NCBI GenBank assembly: GCA_951406725.2
Contig: OX597814.1
Span: 159,774,001 to 159,838,000, forward strand
Length of the DNA stretch: 64,000 bases
Reading direction: 5' to 3'
DNA from: Octopus vulgaris
Taxonomy: Eukaryota
The position numbers and the translations under genes were made by a program. The notes beneath the pieces are model-generated. The model did not search any database. It saw only the letters and a list, made by a program, of their open reading frames with translations, and was not told where the DNA came from. Below, one piece after another: positions 22,868 to 35,039 of the stretch. The stretch's first letter is position 1. The number at the start of each line of letters is the position of its first letter.

Positions 22868-25010
22868 GCAAGGTTGTGTATGCGTGTGTGTGTATACATG
22901 TATGTATGAAGAATGATAATCTTTTCTACTCTAGGTACAAGGCCTGAAATTTCTGGGGAGGGGGCTAGTCGATTAAACCACCCCCAGTACGCAACTGGTA
23001 CTTAATTTATCGACCCCGAAAGGATGAAAGGCAAAGTCGACCTCGGCGGAATTTGAACTCAGAATATAAAGACAGACGAAATACCGCTGAGCATTTCGCC
23101 CGGCATGCTAACGCTTCTGCCAGCTCGCCGCCTTATGAATAATCTTTTTTACTTTAAGCACAAGGCCCGACATTTTGCGAGAAGTGGCCAGTCGATTAGA
23201 TCAACCCCAGTACACAACTTATGAGTAATGATAATAAAGTCAAAACAAGTATTAATATTTTGCATGCATTTAAAACACACGTTTCAGGTAATTAAACAAA
23301 AGAGAATTATTTTCTTTTTGCGGCATCATTCTTTCTAACTAATTTTGTTATGTTATTACAGGTTCCTCCGAAGATCAGAGTGAGAGATGAAGTCATGGCA
23401 CGCATATCTTTTGTTAATCCTTTGGATATTCCACTTACAAACTGTGAACTGATGTTGGAAGGAAATGGATTCGAACGCATTTATGAGATTCGTGTTAGGT
23501 AAGTTTCAGAATTTTGTCGAGAGTAAAAGTTTCTTTTTACAAATCTACCAGCTTCGGTCTGCAATTCTATCAGTTTACAACTATTTGTCAACGGGTTAAT
23601 GTGAAAGCCTTTTACGTGGCTAATTGACCTGTTAGAAATAACAGTCAAATCTTCTTGTAATACCTTATTATCTTAAAAAGGAGAAATTTACATTAGATAA
23701 AGTAATCGTACACACTCCTGAAAAGAAGCGATTATGGTTGCAATGCCTTTGATCTTAGCTGTGTTGAACGTATGCTAAATAAAACGACAACTAACATTGA
23801 TTTCTAGCATAGACAGAAGCTCACACCCTTGAGGATGGTGCCACAGTCGATTATATCGAACATAGTACTTAACTGCTAACATATCGACCAGATACTGCAA
23901 AATAATTTTCATTCACAAGAAACCTCATTTCGTAAATCATTTTTATTTTCCATTATATGCAACAGAATCAATACTAGACTAAGATAACTATTTATGAATG
24001 ATACTTAATATAAAAACACCGTGAAAAGCAAATTTATTGCGGTATTCACTCTGATGTATCTCTTATGAACATGCTGTGTTTAAAAATACAATATATATAT
24101 CGGAGGTAGACGAAAATCGCCCTAGTAGAGAATGCATCTAACATTCTCAGCCACCACTGCTAGGATGATTTTCGTCTGCCTCCGATAGATCTTGTTTTTT
24201 AAACGCAGCACGTTCATAAGAGATATTATTCCCAGATGAATACCGCACTAAATTTGCTTTTCTGATGTGTTTACATTGAATATGATACATAGATGTCCAC
24301 TTTTATTTCTTACGAAAACTGATCAATGAATATTTATTAGATTAAAGATTTCTCCTTATATATATATATATATTTCAATGACATAATACATCTTTTTTTT
24401 TTATGCTTATTTCAGGAATACTCCCTCCTTTTCTTTACGTATTTCAATATCTTACCCCTTTTTAAACAATTCAATTAAATTCATTCTAATTTATATATTT
24501 GGATTTTTTTCTCACTCTTTTACATATCTCAGTAACATTTTTACACATTCAATGAAATTCCTCCCTCCCTCTTTCTCTCTCTCTCTCACGCACACACACA
24601 CGCGCAAACACACACACGAATACTCACGCACATAAACAAACACAAACACACAGAGAAACACACACACACATAAAAAACACACACACACGAACGAACACAC
24701 ATTTTAGTGAAGATTTCAATGGAATCTTTCTCTTGTTACATATTTCAGTTTAATTCCCGCTCCTCCTATTTTTCCTCAAGTATTTTGCTAGAATATTATT
24801 TATTTATCTTGTTTACATATTTATTTCAAATCTGTAATTGACGTTCCTCTTTTCTTTTCTATTAACAGTGATGTTCCGCCACATGGTAACTTTATGGAAG
24901 AGATTGTATTCATCGGACGCAAGATTGGTGAAAAACAATTAGTTGCTACATTCTACTGCCAAGAACTATGCGATATCGTTGGTAGCTCCATGCTCCAAGT
25001 CTTCAAATAA
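2515..25010 (+). CDS. Transglutaminase (protein-glutamine gamma-glutamyltransferase, annulin/hemocyte-TGase-like), 16 coding exons, 962 aa, with a reflectin-motif N-terminal extension (whole gene span)
   Basis: Exons 2515-2702, 2841-3412, 9866-10084, 10315-10563, 12083-12204, 13249-13359, 14882-15056, 16390-16531, 18278-18381, 18917-19082, 19192-19292, 20118-20206, 21891-22089, 22351-22523, 23362-23498 and 24869-25010 splice (all GT-AG) into one 2889-nt open frame. TGase motifs: [30 protein letters not shown] (catalytic Cys), WNFHVWND (His), [11 protein letters not shown] (Asp), [17 protein letters not shown]. Confidence 0.95.
2841..3412 (+). CDS. Transglutaminase coding exon 2 (charged, then Met/Pro/Asp-rich; contains the reflectin motif)
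   Basis: Acceptor attttcttag|, 572-nt open frame, donor G|gtaagt (phase 1) compatible with exon 9866. Confidence 0.85.
3525..3857. repeat. (TA)n compound microsatellite with higher-order TACATGCATGCATACA...TGTATATGTATGTA unit
   Basis: Directly visible. Confidence 0.95.
3861..5103. repeat. Nested long inverted repeats (3861-3986 / 4225-4352 and ~3950-4222 / 4833-5103), flanked by (TA)n
   Basis: Reverse-complement identity read directly. ORFs 3918+ and 4954- encode nearly the same peptide. Confidence 0.9.
4366..4751 (-). mobile_element. Non-autonomous mini-Helitron (Lep1-like)
   Basis: Minus strand: A|TC start, internal gtctgt repeats, subterminal hairpin (cctgagcaacgccggg) and CTAG|T end. 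Confidence 0.75.
5103..5428. repeat. (TA)n/(TG) compound microsatellites
   Basis: Directly visible. Confidence 0.95.
5436..5570 (+). mobile_element. Abundant SINE (MetaSINE-like core gcctttcatcctttc..ggtcgataaaataagtacc), partial
   Basis: Same consensus as more than 10 other copies in this window. Confidence 0.8.
5621..5775 (-). mobile_element. Penelope-like element terminal-repeat (pLTR) fragment
   Basis: Homologous to 53395-53540, which lies directly downstream of a GIY-YIG remnant. Confidence 0.6.
5929..6152 (+). repeat. ~100-bp direct duplication (5929-6032, 6052-6152) separated by (GATA)n
   Basis: Near-identical units read directly. Confidence 0.9.
7182..7377. repeat. Near-perfect palindrome, 97-bp arms, 2-nt loop
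   Basis: 7182-7278 is the reverse complement of 7281-7377, with one mismatch seen. Confidence 0.93.
7432..7516. repeat. Perfect hairpin, 39-bp arms, 7-nt loop
   Basis: aaaatcaagg...cacccacta / tagtgggtg...ccttgatttt. Confidence 0.93.
8160..8410. repeat. (TAA)n microsatellite containing a ~40-bp retroelement 3'-end fragment (8247-8284)
   Basis: The fragment is the reverse complement of 63419-63456. Confidence 0.85.
8568..8762 (+). mobile_element. Abundant SINE copy (MetaSINE-like)
   Basis: aggcgagctagtagaatc...gactttgcttttcatcccttcgg...gatgtaatcgactt. Confidence 0.85.
9244..9590 (+). mobile_element. Internally deleted Tc1-like DNA transposon
   Basis: TIRs ggacaaaataatggaaacacct / aggtgtttccgttattttgtcc. 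Transposase N-terminus ([13 protein letters not shown]) lies beside its C-terminus ([18 protein letters not shown]). Confidence 0.8.
9866..10084 (+). CDS. Transglutaminase exon 3 (beta-sandwich: HHTDQYD...LIVRRGQPF)
   Basis: ttttcag| acceptor, G|gttagt donor, TGase N-domain motifs. Confidence 0.95.
10315..10563 (+). CDS. Transglutaminase exon 4 ([10 protein letters not shown]...CIVGVW...[10 protein letters not shown])
   Basis: ccataag| acceptor, A|gtaagt donor, conserved LFNPW. Confidence 0.95.
12083..12204 (+). CDS. Transglutaminase exon 5 (DQVYM...EYVLND...PWNYGQ)
   Basis: ttccag| acceptor, CAG|gtatgc donor. Confidence 0.95.
13249..13359 (+). CDS. Transglutaminase exon 6 ([10 protein letters not shown]...[12 protein letters not shown])
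   Basis: tttacag| acceptor, GTG|gtaagt donor. Confidence 0.95.
14325..14535 (+). mobile_element. Abundant SINE copy (MetaSINE-like)
   Basis: Matches the window consensus. Confidence 0.85.
14882..15056 (+). CDS. Transglutaminase exon 7 with catalytic Cys (YGQCWVF, TGC at 15026-15028)
   Basis: tttgtag| acceptor, G|gtattc donor, active-site signature. Confidence 0.97.
15300..15738 (+). mobile_element. Two tandem SINE copies (15300-15447 partial, 15518-15738) separated by (ATT)n
   Basis: Match the window consensus. Confidence 0.85.
15987..16293 (+). mobile_element. tRNA-derived SINE with target-site duplication
   Basis: A-box (TAGCCCAGTGG), B-box-like (GTTTCGATTCC), cggtgat tandem tail, and ~16-bp TSD atatgaa(a/g)actttt(g/a)t at 15971 and 16294. 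Confidence 0.8.
16390..16531 (+). CDS. Transglutaminase exon 8 ([19 protein letters not shown])
   Basis: ttccag| acceptor, TG|gttagt donor. Confidence 0.96.
16690..16800 (-). mobile_element. 3' end of a Dong/R4-clade LINE within (TAA)n
   Basis: Homologous to 63160-63368; flanked by (ATT)n. Confidence 0.65.
17058..17255 (+). mobile_element. Abundant SINE copy
   Basis: Matches the window consensus. Confidence 0.8.
18278..18381 (+). CDS. Transglutaminase exon 9 with catalytic His (18285-18287) and Asp (18354-18356): [17 protein letters not shown]...[11 protein letters not shown]
   Basis: tatttag| acceptor, G|gtaaaa donor. Absent from the ORF track; translated by hand. Confidence 0.97.
18917..19082 (+). 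CDS. Transglutaminase exon 10 ([16 protein letters not shown]...[11 protein letters not shown])
   Basis: tgttag| acceptor, GC|gtaagt donor. Confidence 0.96.
19192..19292 (+). CDS. Transglutaminase exon 11 (LGKFIYTK...DITFDYK)
   Basis: gatag| acceptor, G|gtatgt donor; G.xI.TK and DIT..YK motifs. Confidence 0.93.
20118..20206 (+). CDS. Transglutaminase exon 12 (GSEYDRIDV...HYQE)
   Basis: ttctaag| acceptor, GAG|gtagga donor; phase-compatible on both sides. Confidence 0.9.
20946..21153 (-). mobile_element. Abundant SINE copy
   Basis: Reverse complement of the consensus. Confidence 0.85.
21479..21668 (+). mobile_element. Abundant SINE copy
   Basis: taaggcggcgagctggcagaatcgttagc start. Confidence 0.85.
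21891..22089 (+). CDS. Transglutaminase exon 13 (beta-barrel 1: DVEFRI...VGQDF)
   Basis: aatacag| acceptor, A|gtaagt donor. Confidence 0.93.
22351..22523 (+). CDS. Transglutaminase exon 14 (PEDY...CKVKQTDQ...PYLTIE)
   Basis: atccag| acceptor, GAG|gtttgt donor. Confidence 0.93.
22921..23134 (-). mobile_element. Abundant SINE copy (near-consensus, CpG intact)
   Basis: Reverse complement of the consensus. Confidence 0.9.
23362..23498 (+). CDS. Transglutaminase exon 15 (beta-barrel 2: [12 protein letters not shown]...EGNG)
   Basis: ttacag| acceptor, AG|gtaagt donor. Confidence 0.95.
24010..24275. mobile_element. Fold-back/MITE-like element (~110-bp imperfect arms)
   Basis: aaaagcaaatttattgcggtattca...atcggaggtagacgaaaatc pairs with gattttcgtctgcctccgat...tgaataccgcactaaatttgctttt. 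Confidence 0.75.
24869..25010 (+). CDS. Transglutaminase exon 16, terminal (DVPP...GEKQLVATF...DIVGS...FK*)
   Basis: taacag| acceptor, TAA at 25008-25010; typical TGase C-terminus. Confidence 0.94.
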
Positions 25011-25618
25011 CTGAAGAACTGAAGAAGCTACACAACAATCGACGAAAGAAATACAAGGAATGAGAAAGATGACACTTCTTTTACTCTGATTCTATTCGAA
25101 TTTCAGTCGACACATATATAGAAACTATTATATTATTATTGATAGAATTTGTTATTTATTATGTTTTATTGTTGAAAATTTCATTATTATTGTCCAATGA
25201 GATAGTTTAACTCCAGCTCTCTGTATTCTTCTATTTATTTTACCGATTTCTGTCTTGCTAGGGGTAACATTTTCAAGGGTTTTAGTCGATTATATTGACA
25301 TCTGTTAACTATATTTAGTCGGGTATTTATCTTATAGATCTCTTTTCTTCAGATAGCGTAATTACCTTTAGACCTAAAGGGAAACACCTTGACGCACAGT
25401 TTCACACAGGTACATACGAATACACACACACACACACACACACAAACTTATGCACACACATTCATACATTTTTATATATATATATAAATATATATATATG
25501 CGATGTATGTATGACATTGACAAATAAAAAAAGTCCATCTCAAAATGCATTGCTTTCTTATACATACTTTTAGAATGCTTCCAACATATTTGCCATAAAA
25601 ATGTAGCATTCACACACA

Positions 25619-25684
<66 letters not shown>

Positions 25685-25953
25685 CACACATATAAATGTG
25701 TGTGTATATATATATATTTAATGTCAAAAGATATATGAAAGACTCTGGCTGTTACTGTCAGTTTCAAAACCATATTACAACAGTTGCTTTAAAACAGACA
25801 TTAATTTTTATACCCTGAATCCTACTTATATTTCTTTAAAAACTTTTTATCAGTATATTTCGCAGATATGACTGCTATCTTATGTTTCAATTCCCAGCTT
25901 GTGAATATATATACATATATATTCTTTACATTTTGTATGTATTTACATACCTT

Positions 25954-26009
<56 letters not shown>

Positions 26010-26062
26010 CATATATATACATATATTCCTATTTACTTATATGAATATGTATGTGTGTGTAT

Positions 26063-26160
<98 letters not shown>

Positions 26161-27085
26161 GCTTATCTATCCTAAGTCCAACAACAGAGGCTTCTACATA
26201 CGAGTTCGATCTGCTAGAAACATCAGTCAAAATTTCCCTCAAATCACGTCCTAACATCTTTAAAACAAGAAAACACATTGGATAATGTAGTCCAGAATGA
26301 ACACTGCCTGAGTTGGTCATGGCTGAGATGCCTTTGATCAACGGTCCGTTCGGTCAATTGATCAAAACAGTTCAGCATAACAGCAACACCATCAACAATC
26401 TGTCTGTCTATGTTGCTAACTAGATAGCTGTGCAATAAAACTTCCATTTGAGAGTCTAACATGCTTTTCACATTACATAAATATTGAATATATATTACGA
26501 TAATTTTCACATTAGATAGAGATTTCACTTATTTGTAAAGAATGAATTTGAAATTAGAACTAATGTTAGGTAAGAAATTTATCAAAATCCAAAATTGCTA
26601 GCATACAATAGATAATTTGTTATTTGTAAGGTATTAAAAGAACTGTTTGAAGATAATTTAACGAGATAGTCTGAGATAGTCTTGCTGACCTTTACTATTT
26701 ATATATGTTTAATTACTTGCGAAATTTCATATTTTTGGTTTCAATTTTAACAGAATCGGTAGAGTATCGGAAAGATTGCCTTGTGGTGTTTAGCTATGTC
26801 TCTTTGCGTTCTGTGATCAAATCCTACTGGGTTAACATTGCTTTTCATCTTTCTGTGCTCGATAAAATAATTACCATTTAAGCACAGTATCGATATAATC
26901 TGCTAAATATTGTGGCTTTATGCCAACTCTAGAAATTAATACTAGCCTAATTTTAAATATATTCCTTATAAAGCTTCTATAGAATCACCATCAAAGACCA
27001 GTTTTAAGAATTAGCTTACCATTTTTCAGCTTCCATTCATAAGAAAACTAATGAATTCACCATGCCTAAGTGAGAGATATTAAAA

Positions 27086-27197
<112 letters not shown>

Positions 27198-27456
27198 GCA
27201 TACATACATACATACATACATACATACATACATACATACATACATAGTCTACAGGTGAACTCCAGAGATTCTCAGTATAGAAGACACATAGTAGTGCTCA
27301 AATGATTCAAACTTAGATTCCGATGTCTTTACAGGAAATCAATTCCGTGGGGTAAAGAATGGCTATAAGAGGGATCAAGTTGAGCAGACACCCAAGCTGT
27401 TATATTTAATCTATCTAACTTGTTTAACAGCATAATTCTCTCTTTCTCTCTCTCTC

Positions 27457-27517
<61 letters not shown>

Positions 27518-27959
27518 ACTCCGTGGTTTGGTAGAGTAGATAGTGTGACGACATTGAATAAAATGCCACCGAGATCCACTTTGCTTATTATCCTTCTGTG
27601 GTTTACCACCTATCTGGTCCTTCGGTGCTTTAGTAGATCAGATCTTCTGTTTAAGAAGTTCTCCCACAGGTCAAGGAGGCACATGTAAAAGTTAATAGAT
27701 GCCGTTCTTCTGATTAGAACTTTAAAAAAAATGTACTAGTAATATACTGTATGTCCGAGGTCAATTCTCGACAAGGTGCACTTTACCTTCCATCCCTTGA
27801 GAGTGAGGGTCAATAAAATAAGCTCCAGTAATATACAGGATCGATTTAATTGATTTTACGCTCTCTCAAAATTTATAGCCGTTTACTAATTTTAGAAATC
27901 AATAGTGAATCTATATATAATTAACTACTGATTTTTTTTTCTAAATAAATAGAAACATA

Positions 27960-28330
27960 ATAGAAATGATATTAAACATTATAGGTACCTATATAAGACA
28001 GAGAACAGGATCAGTGACAAGAGACTACATTACATAGATTAATATACGTTTAGACATTGTAAACGTCAGTTAGAATATAAACAGGATCAGTGATGAGTGG
28101 CAACAAAATATATTAGCGAATATGTTATTTAGATATTATAGACAGCAATTAGTGATAGAAAATAGAAATACGATTAGTGATATAGTACTACATTACACAG
28201 ATTAGTTATTAAATATTTAGACATTATAAACATCAATTAGAAGATTAAACAGGATCATTGATAGATGAGCACATTACAGATTAGTAAATGTTATTTTGAT
28301 ACTATAAACAGCAATTTAGAAACACAGAAG
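27960..28330 (+). repeat. Degenerate minisatellite, ~80-90-bp unit (aggatcagtga..actacattaca..gatta..tttagacattataaac..)
   Basis: About 4 diverged tandem units visible. Confidence 0.7.
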
Positions 28331-30199
28331 AGAAAAAAGGCTGCCAGTGGGTCCGAGTCTCTTTTTTGTCTCTCAAGTTGATGCTTTATGATCGGAGCCG
28401 TCTTAGACTGCATTATAGGCCCCCAGGAAAAACAATGAAGTGCAGTCCCTGCTTAAATAACCATAGCATACATAGATTAGTATTGAGGTCCTTGGACCTA
28501 TGGAGGCTCCGGACAAATTACCAGGGTATCCATGCTTTAAGACGGCACGACATATAACATCTAACAACACTCGTTAAATTTTTAGCATAATAACGACAAT
28601 CCAAATACATTCAAATTTCTCACATTTAAAATTGTCACGCGGTATATAATATAATATTACTGTCTAACTCTGGTACTGAATCAGGAATTTTAGAGTAAGG
28701 GTGCAGTATTTAATAAGTGCTTTAACATTTAATAAGTACTTTTTTAATCGACTCTGGATAGATGAAAAGCAATGGTTTGGGCGCAGAGCATAAAGCGATG
28801 TAACTAAATGCTAGAAAACGTATTCCATCTGGCAAGATGAAAAGTTAACTCAATATCGGTGAGATTTGAACTCAGTCAAACTAGTATATAACTCGTACTT
28901 ATTTTATTGATCCTGGAGGAGGAAAGTCAGGATCTAGCTCGAAGGGATTTGAACTCAGAACGTAATGATTCGTAACTAAATACAGCAAGGCTTCTACCCA
29001 TTCTCTATCAATTCTATAAATTCCCTGATTTTATAACAAATATTGATTTCTAACATAGGGACAAAAACGTTTTTCTTTTAATTTCTTTTTAACAGTGAAA
29101 ATCTAGAAATAAGCTTCATATTGAGAACTTTAATATTTCAATTTTTATTTTTTCAATTTAATAAATATTCAACTTACATTAACTCTATTTTGATATTTGA
29201 ATTAGCCAATTCCACTGAGGTCTTCTCAGCCTCTCACTCTTTTGGGGTTGATAAAAATAAAGTACCAGTTGAACACTGGGCTGATCTATTAGATTCTAAC
29301 ACTTCCCTATTACATCTGTTTTAGAAATCAATATTTGAAATAATCCAGAAATATATTTTCATTAAGTTATATATATTGGTCATGTAAGTAACATCAAGCT
29401 TTGTTAGAAACTTTTTTGTGAGAAATAAACACAGACAAATTAACTAATAAAGAAAAATAAATGAACTTATATTTTTTTAAGTTTCTTCTTTATTATTGAT
29501 TTCCTTTGACGCCAATAAAGTTGCCAGAAATGGTGAACTGCCAAACTAAATGCGGTGCAGTATGTAGTTACGTCACTTTCCGTTCTGAGTTCAATTCTGG
29601 TAGAGGTCGATTTTGTCTTTAATCTTTGCAGGTTCAAAAGAATTAGTCCCAGTAATGATGTTGATACATCAACCAAATCTCTCCTGTTTATTGTGTCCTT
29701 TTAATGAGGCACAAGCTCAAAATTTCGATCAGATTCAATTAAAACTCCCCCACAATATAACTAACATTGTTTTCTGAGCGAAGAAATGCAAAACCTACCT
29801 CTGCAGGATTTGATCTCATAGCCACAGAGTAACGACAGCAGTACAGTACCGTATTTTATTTCCTAAACCATTTTTATCTCCACTATTCTTTAATCTCTTC
29901 TTTATTATTGCCAACTTTTGAGGAAGCATCAAGTTTTAAAGTGAGCAGGGTGAAACCAAGTCGGGATCTTTTAGTGCTCATAACCCCAAGAGCTATTCGA
30001 AGAAGTGAGCCCTCACCCATTTATGCTTTGCTATGTGTTCCCATAAGCTTCACTCCCCACTTAGCTACGCCCATAGCAATTACCTTAAGGCAGCACTTAT
30101 AAAGAGTACAAAGATTCCAAAGTATTATTGGTAAATATTTTATAATTTCCTGCAAGATGAAGTATAAAACATATTCAGCGGGCAGTATATTTTGCGAGA

Positions 30200-30660
30200 G
30201 CTAGATACTGTCTTTTATGCTCTGAGTTCCAATCACACTGAGGCCAGCAATACCTGCCATCCTTCTAGGGGCCGATAAAATAAAGTAACAGTCAAGTATT
30301 GCAATCGTCTTAATCGACCGTTCCCTTCCCCAAAATTGTGAGTCAATGCTAGAAACCAATATTGGTTTCAAATTTTGGCACAAGACCAGCAATTTTGGAG
30401 GAGAAGCTAAGCCAATAACGTCGATCCCCCCGCCAGTGCTCAATTGGTACTAATTTTATCGACCCCAAAAGGCAAAATCGACCTCGGCGAAATTTGATCT
30501 CACAAAGTAAAGACGGATGCAATACCGCTATGCATTTTGCGCGGCGTGCTAACGATTCTGCCAGCTCGCTGCCTTATGCTAGTAACCCAGTTGAACACTG
30601 ACGTCGATGTAACCGACTTATCTCATGCCCCGATATTGTGCCAAAATTTGAAACCAATAT
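30200..30660. mobile_element. Cluster of SINE copies (30200-30360 +, 30362-30575 -, 30585-30660 +)
   Basis: Match the consensus in both orientations. Confidence 0.8.
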
Positions 30661-31587
30661 TGAGATGGTGAAGTACATTCCTTTACGGTCTGATTCCGAC
30701 GTGGATAACATTATCATTCACCTTTTTATAGTTGTTATTGCTGTTGCTTAACCGAGGTCGCGCTTGACTGAGCAGCTCTATAACCAAAAACCGAACAAGC
30801 CATAACTATCCAACTTGTACGTCTATGATTATATGACTTAAATGCCAACCAAGTCGGTTGGGGGTGATATATAAAAGAGGCTACTAGTTTTAACAGGTCA
30901 AACGATCACGCAGAGACTCCTTCGTTGTATCTATATCCTTGTAGATCAGTATTTCTCGATTATTTTCAACCTATGGACCCCTTTGATTCCTATTTTACTT
31001 GGATGAACCCTTCAAGCCATTCGATGTTTTAAAAAAAGATCCTATTATATTTTTATAATTCAATATTGTAAGGAATTGTATAAAAATAAACTGTTACAAT
31101 ATTTTGTACATTGTAGAAGTATAAATAATTTATTGCAGATAAATCTTAACATCAAAATCTTATATGAACCCACAGGGTTTATAAAATTAGTACCAGTCAT
31201 ATACTGGTATCTATTCATTCGCCTATACCTCCTCTTTACAAATGTGGTATTATTTTAATGTCAAAATTCATTAAGACAAAGGAGATGAAGTAGAGAATGG
31301 ATGCTTTTATTTTGGTATATGCAATTTCATATCAAGAACGTTGCTGGCTACAGGTTTTCAAGGAGCCGATATTTAGTTCGCTGATATTTACGACGACGTA
31401 CGTGACAAGTGAATTCTGAGCAACTTGAACGGAATAAGGACAAGAAAAATGTTTGCCTCTTTCACCGACAAAAAAACACCGAAAAATTATGTGCGTGTCC
31501 GTGTTCACATAACGGAACAAAAGAATAAACAGGTTGTCATCAAGTATCAAATCAGTTTATAACATATTTGTACTTATACGCGCCTGT

Positions 31588-31878
31588 GAAGGTGCGTGGC
31601 TTAGTGGTTAGAGCATTCGATTCACTATTGTAAGGTCGTGAGTTATTTTATTTCACGTTGCTCCAGTCCACTCAGCTGGCAAAAATGCGTTGTACCTGTA
31701 TTTCAAAGGGCTGGCCTTGTCACACTCTGTGTCATGCTGAATCACCCTGAGAACTACGTTAGGGGTACGCGTGTCTGTGAATTGCTCAGTCACTTGCACG
31801 TTAATTTCACGAGCAGGCTGTTCCGTTGATCGTATCAGCTGGGACCATCGTCCTCATAACCGACGGAGTGCTCCTACT
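31588..31878 (+). mobile_element. tRNA-derived SINE (second family)
   Basis: tRNA-like head gcgtggcttagtggttagagc; body tttcacgttgctccagtccactcagctggcaaaaatg shared with 36642-37010. Confidence 0.7.
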
Positions 31879-32271
31879 TATATAACACATTGGAGAGAAA
31901 TGCAAATATACATAGAGGAATATGTATAACAGAAAGGTAGGAAGAGTCTGGAATGTAGAAACTTCGTAATAATTATTATGCGGTAGGTACACACCAGAAT
32001 AAGGTAGGAAAGAAATCTTGAGTGTCAATGAGACACAGTTTAGTAAGTAAGCCAATAGTGTCACAGGAAAAGAGCTTGGAAAATATAGAAAAGTGGTGTG
32101 CAGTCAGTCTTTACAGTCAGTCCTTCTAGATCGGTTGCATAATTGGTGCAGATAACTACCCACGTATTGACTGCACCACAAAAATTTACTGACAGCCCAT
32201 TCCATCTTCAGAAATACCCACGATTTTATATATAGGTTCTAATTGCTAATAAGCCATCCTTTTTAATTTGG

Positions 32272-32330
<59 letters not shown>

Positions 32331-32589
32331 TAATAACAATATAATAAATAAAATATATGCATATATACATACATATATGTACATACTTACATCTACATGT
32401 ATATATACAAGTATATATATATATATATATATATATATGAGTACAGGACACCACAAATAAACGTAGAACACAACGAGAAACGAAAAGATAAAATCAAACA
32501 AGGAAACGGACTTTTTTTTAACAACGAAAAAACAGAGTACAGGACAAACAATACAAGTAAGTTTTTATTTATATATATATATATATAAT

Positions 32590-32700
<111 letters not shown>

Positions 32701-32759
32701 CATATATATACATATATATACATATATATACATATACATACATACATACATATAGATAT

Positions 32760-32801
<42 letters not shown>

Positions 32802-32850
32802 GTCTGTATGTATGCATGTATGTATACATATATATGTATACATACATACA

Positions 32851-32881
<31 letters not shown>

Positions 32882-34114
32882 GTGAGGGTCGGCTGAAAAG
32901 TTCATAGGCTGATTGAGATACTCTCATGGAATATGACCAAATGTGCTTTAGTTTTCAACATAGTCCTCCTTGCGCTCCACACGCTTCGTCCATCGGAGTT
33001 GCAGTGCTTGGATCCCATTGGTAAAGAAACTTCAGCTCGTTAGTCTAACAAGTCAGATATGACGTTATCATCGCTGCGATACTGCTTCCCAGCCAAGTGT
33101 TTTTTTCATGTTGGGTAACAGATGATAGTCAGATGGGGTTAAATCAGGAGAATAGGGAGGGTGATCAATCAGTTCAAAGCCACACACACGCACAGCAGCC
33201 TGGAGCATTGTCCTGATGAAACGAACCCTTTTTGTCAGTTTTCCTTGGCATTTGGTCTTGATAGCCTTTCGTAGCTACCTCAGTAAGTTGGCATGCTATT
33301 CTCCATTAATGGTGTGGCCCTTTTCAAGATAGTTAATAAACACATTGTCTTTTGTATCCCAAAACACTGAGGCCATTACATTCCCTGAAGATGAAACGAC
33401 CTTAGCTTTCTTTGGAGCAGGTGAGGAGGAGTGTTTCCACTGCAGGGATTGTCTTTTTGTCTCTGGCTCAAAGTAGTGAAGCCAACATTCATCTTGGCTT
33501 GGGAAACGTTCAATGAAACCAGCTGGATCTATTTCAAACAATGTCAGATCTTCCCGGGATGTGATCAGCCTGGTTCACTTTTGATTTGGTGTTAGAAGTT
33601 ATGACACCCACTAAGCAGAAACCTTCGTCAAGCCAATTTCATTGTGCATAATATTATCAACGCTCTCGTGAGCTATGCTATTAACATTGGCTGTTTGATT
33701 TATAGTCAGTCGCTTGTCATCTATCACCATATGGTGAACACGATCAATGTTCTCCTTGGTGGTGACAGTTGCAGGATGTCAAAACTTTGGGTCTTCTTCA
33801 AGATTTTCCCTTTCCCTCCTAAATTCAGTTGCCCACTTTTGCACTGTTGACAAAACTGGAGCATCCCCTAATGTAGCAAGCATGTCAGCATGAATGTCCT
33901 TTTCCTGCAGGGGTTTGATAACATCACGATGCGAAATTTAGTCCATTTTCAAGAAAAGTTGCTAATAGTTACTTTTGAAGTCTTCTTTGAACAGTCAAAT
34001 GTCAGTTTACCTGGAAAGAAACAATGCGATTATTGACAAGAAGTGTTGAAATTAATGTACGCAAGATTTCACAGCTGTAGCATCATACTTTCATAGTCAG
34101 CCTTATGAACTTTT
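32882..34114 (-). mobile_element. Mariner-like transposon, decayed
   Basis: TIR pair aaaagttcataggctga / tcagcc(t)tatgaactttt. Transposase motifs DECWLHYFEPETKRQSLQW...VMASVFWD and HPPYSPDLTPSD; stops and frameshifts present. Confidence 0.92.
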
Positions 34115-35039
34115 ATATATATATATATAAAATGTGCTGCAATGTTGTTTATGCCAATGACGAAAGAACAATAAATGTTGCAAAAGCCCAAGAAAGGAAA
34201 GCATTCATGCAAAATGCGAGTAGCGAAAAACAAATGAAATACATGATAAGAATTCCAGAAGTGACTGCATTATGGATTGTTTGTAGGCGAAAGGCATCAT
34301 AAAAACGGTTAAACGAGGACTGCCTGCATGTGAGTCTGAAGGTGTTTAATAAGCATCGCATAAAGTTGAACATTGCTATTTTGCGATATTTTTACGAAAC
34401 ACATGCAAGGTTTTTCATTACACAAAATTAAACCACGTTTAGAAAGGCAAAATTGGTCCATCTCGTCTTGCTGTGTTTTCCGGTATACTAGTCGATGTTG
34501 TGTATATCATAAACATTAAAACATCGTCACATTTCCCTCCCAAACCCTGCAGCATTTCGTACAGTATTGTAAGTCCTCCAAAGTCATCTTGGTATATAAG
34601 TTGACTTGCCTTTTTGAGCTGTAAATTTTGGTCTGAAAAAGTCGACTCCTATGCCAAAAGATACGGAATAGGTTTCCAAGTAATGAAACCATAGAGTCAT
34701 TGTTAAGTGAATTAGTTGATAATTCTTCTTACAAGGTCAACGTTATATCAAGAAAAAATAAAATAGGTAAATTGTACAAAAATACAAAGGAATGACTTTA
34801 AACAAACCTAGAAAAACATCACGAAGTAATTTTCTAACTCAACTGAGTGATTTTATATGTATTTCAGTTATATAGAGATTAACTTAGCTTCTGAAAATTG
34901 ATTTCGACTTGAGTTCAAGAATTTGGACGAGGTAATAAACAGAATGTCAAATTTGCCATTAAAACATCAAACAGGTATTTTTCGGGAAATAATATGGTTT
35001 ATGACGAAGCTAAAATTAATGAGCTGTCATGTCTATTTG

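Noticed and set aside
25523-25528. AATAAA as the TGase poly(A) signal
   Set aside because: It cannot be distinguished from chance in AT-rich sequence without transcript data.
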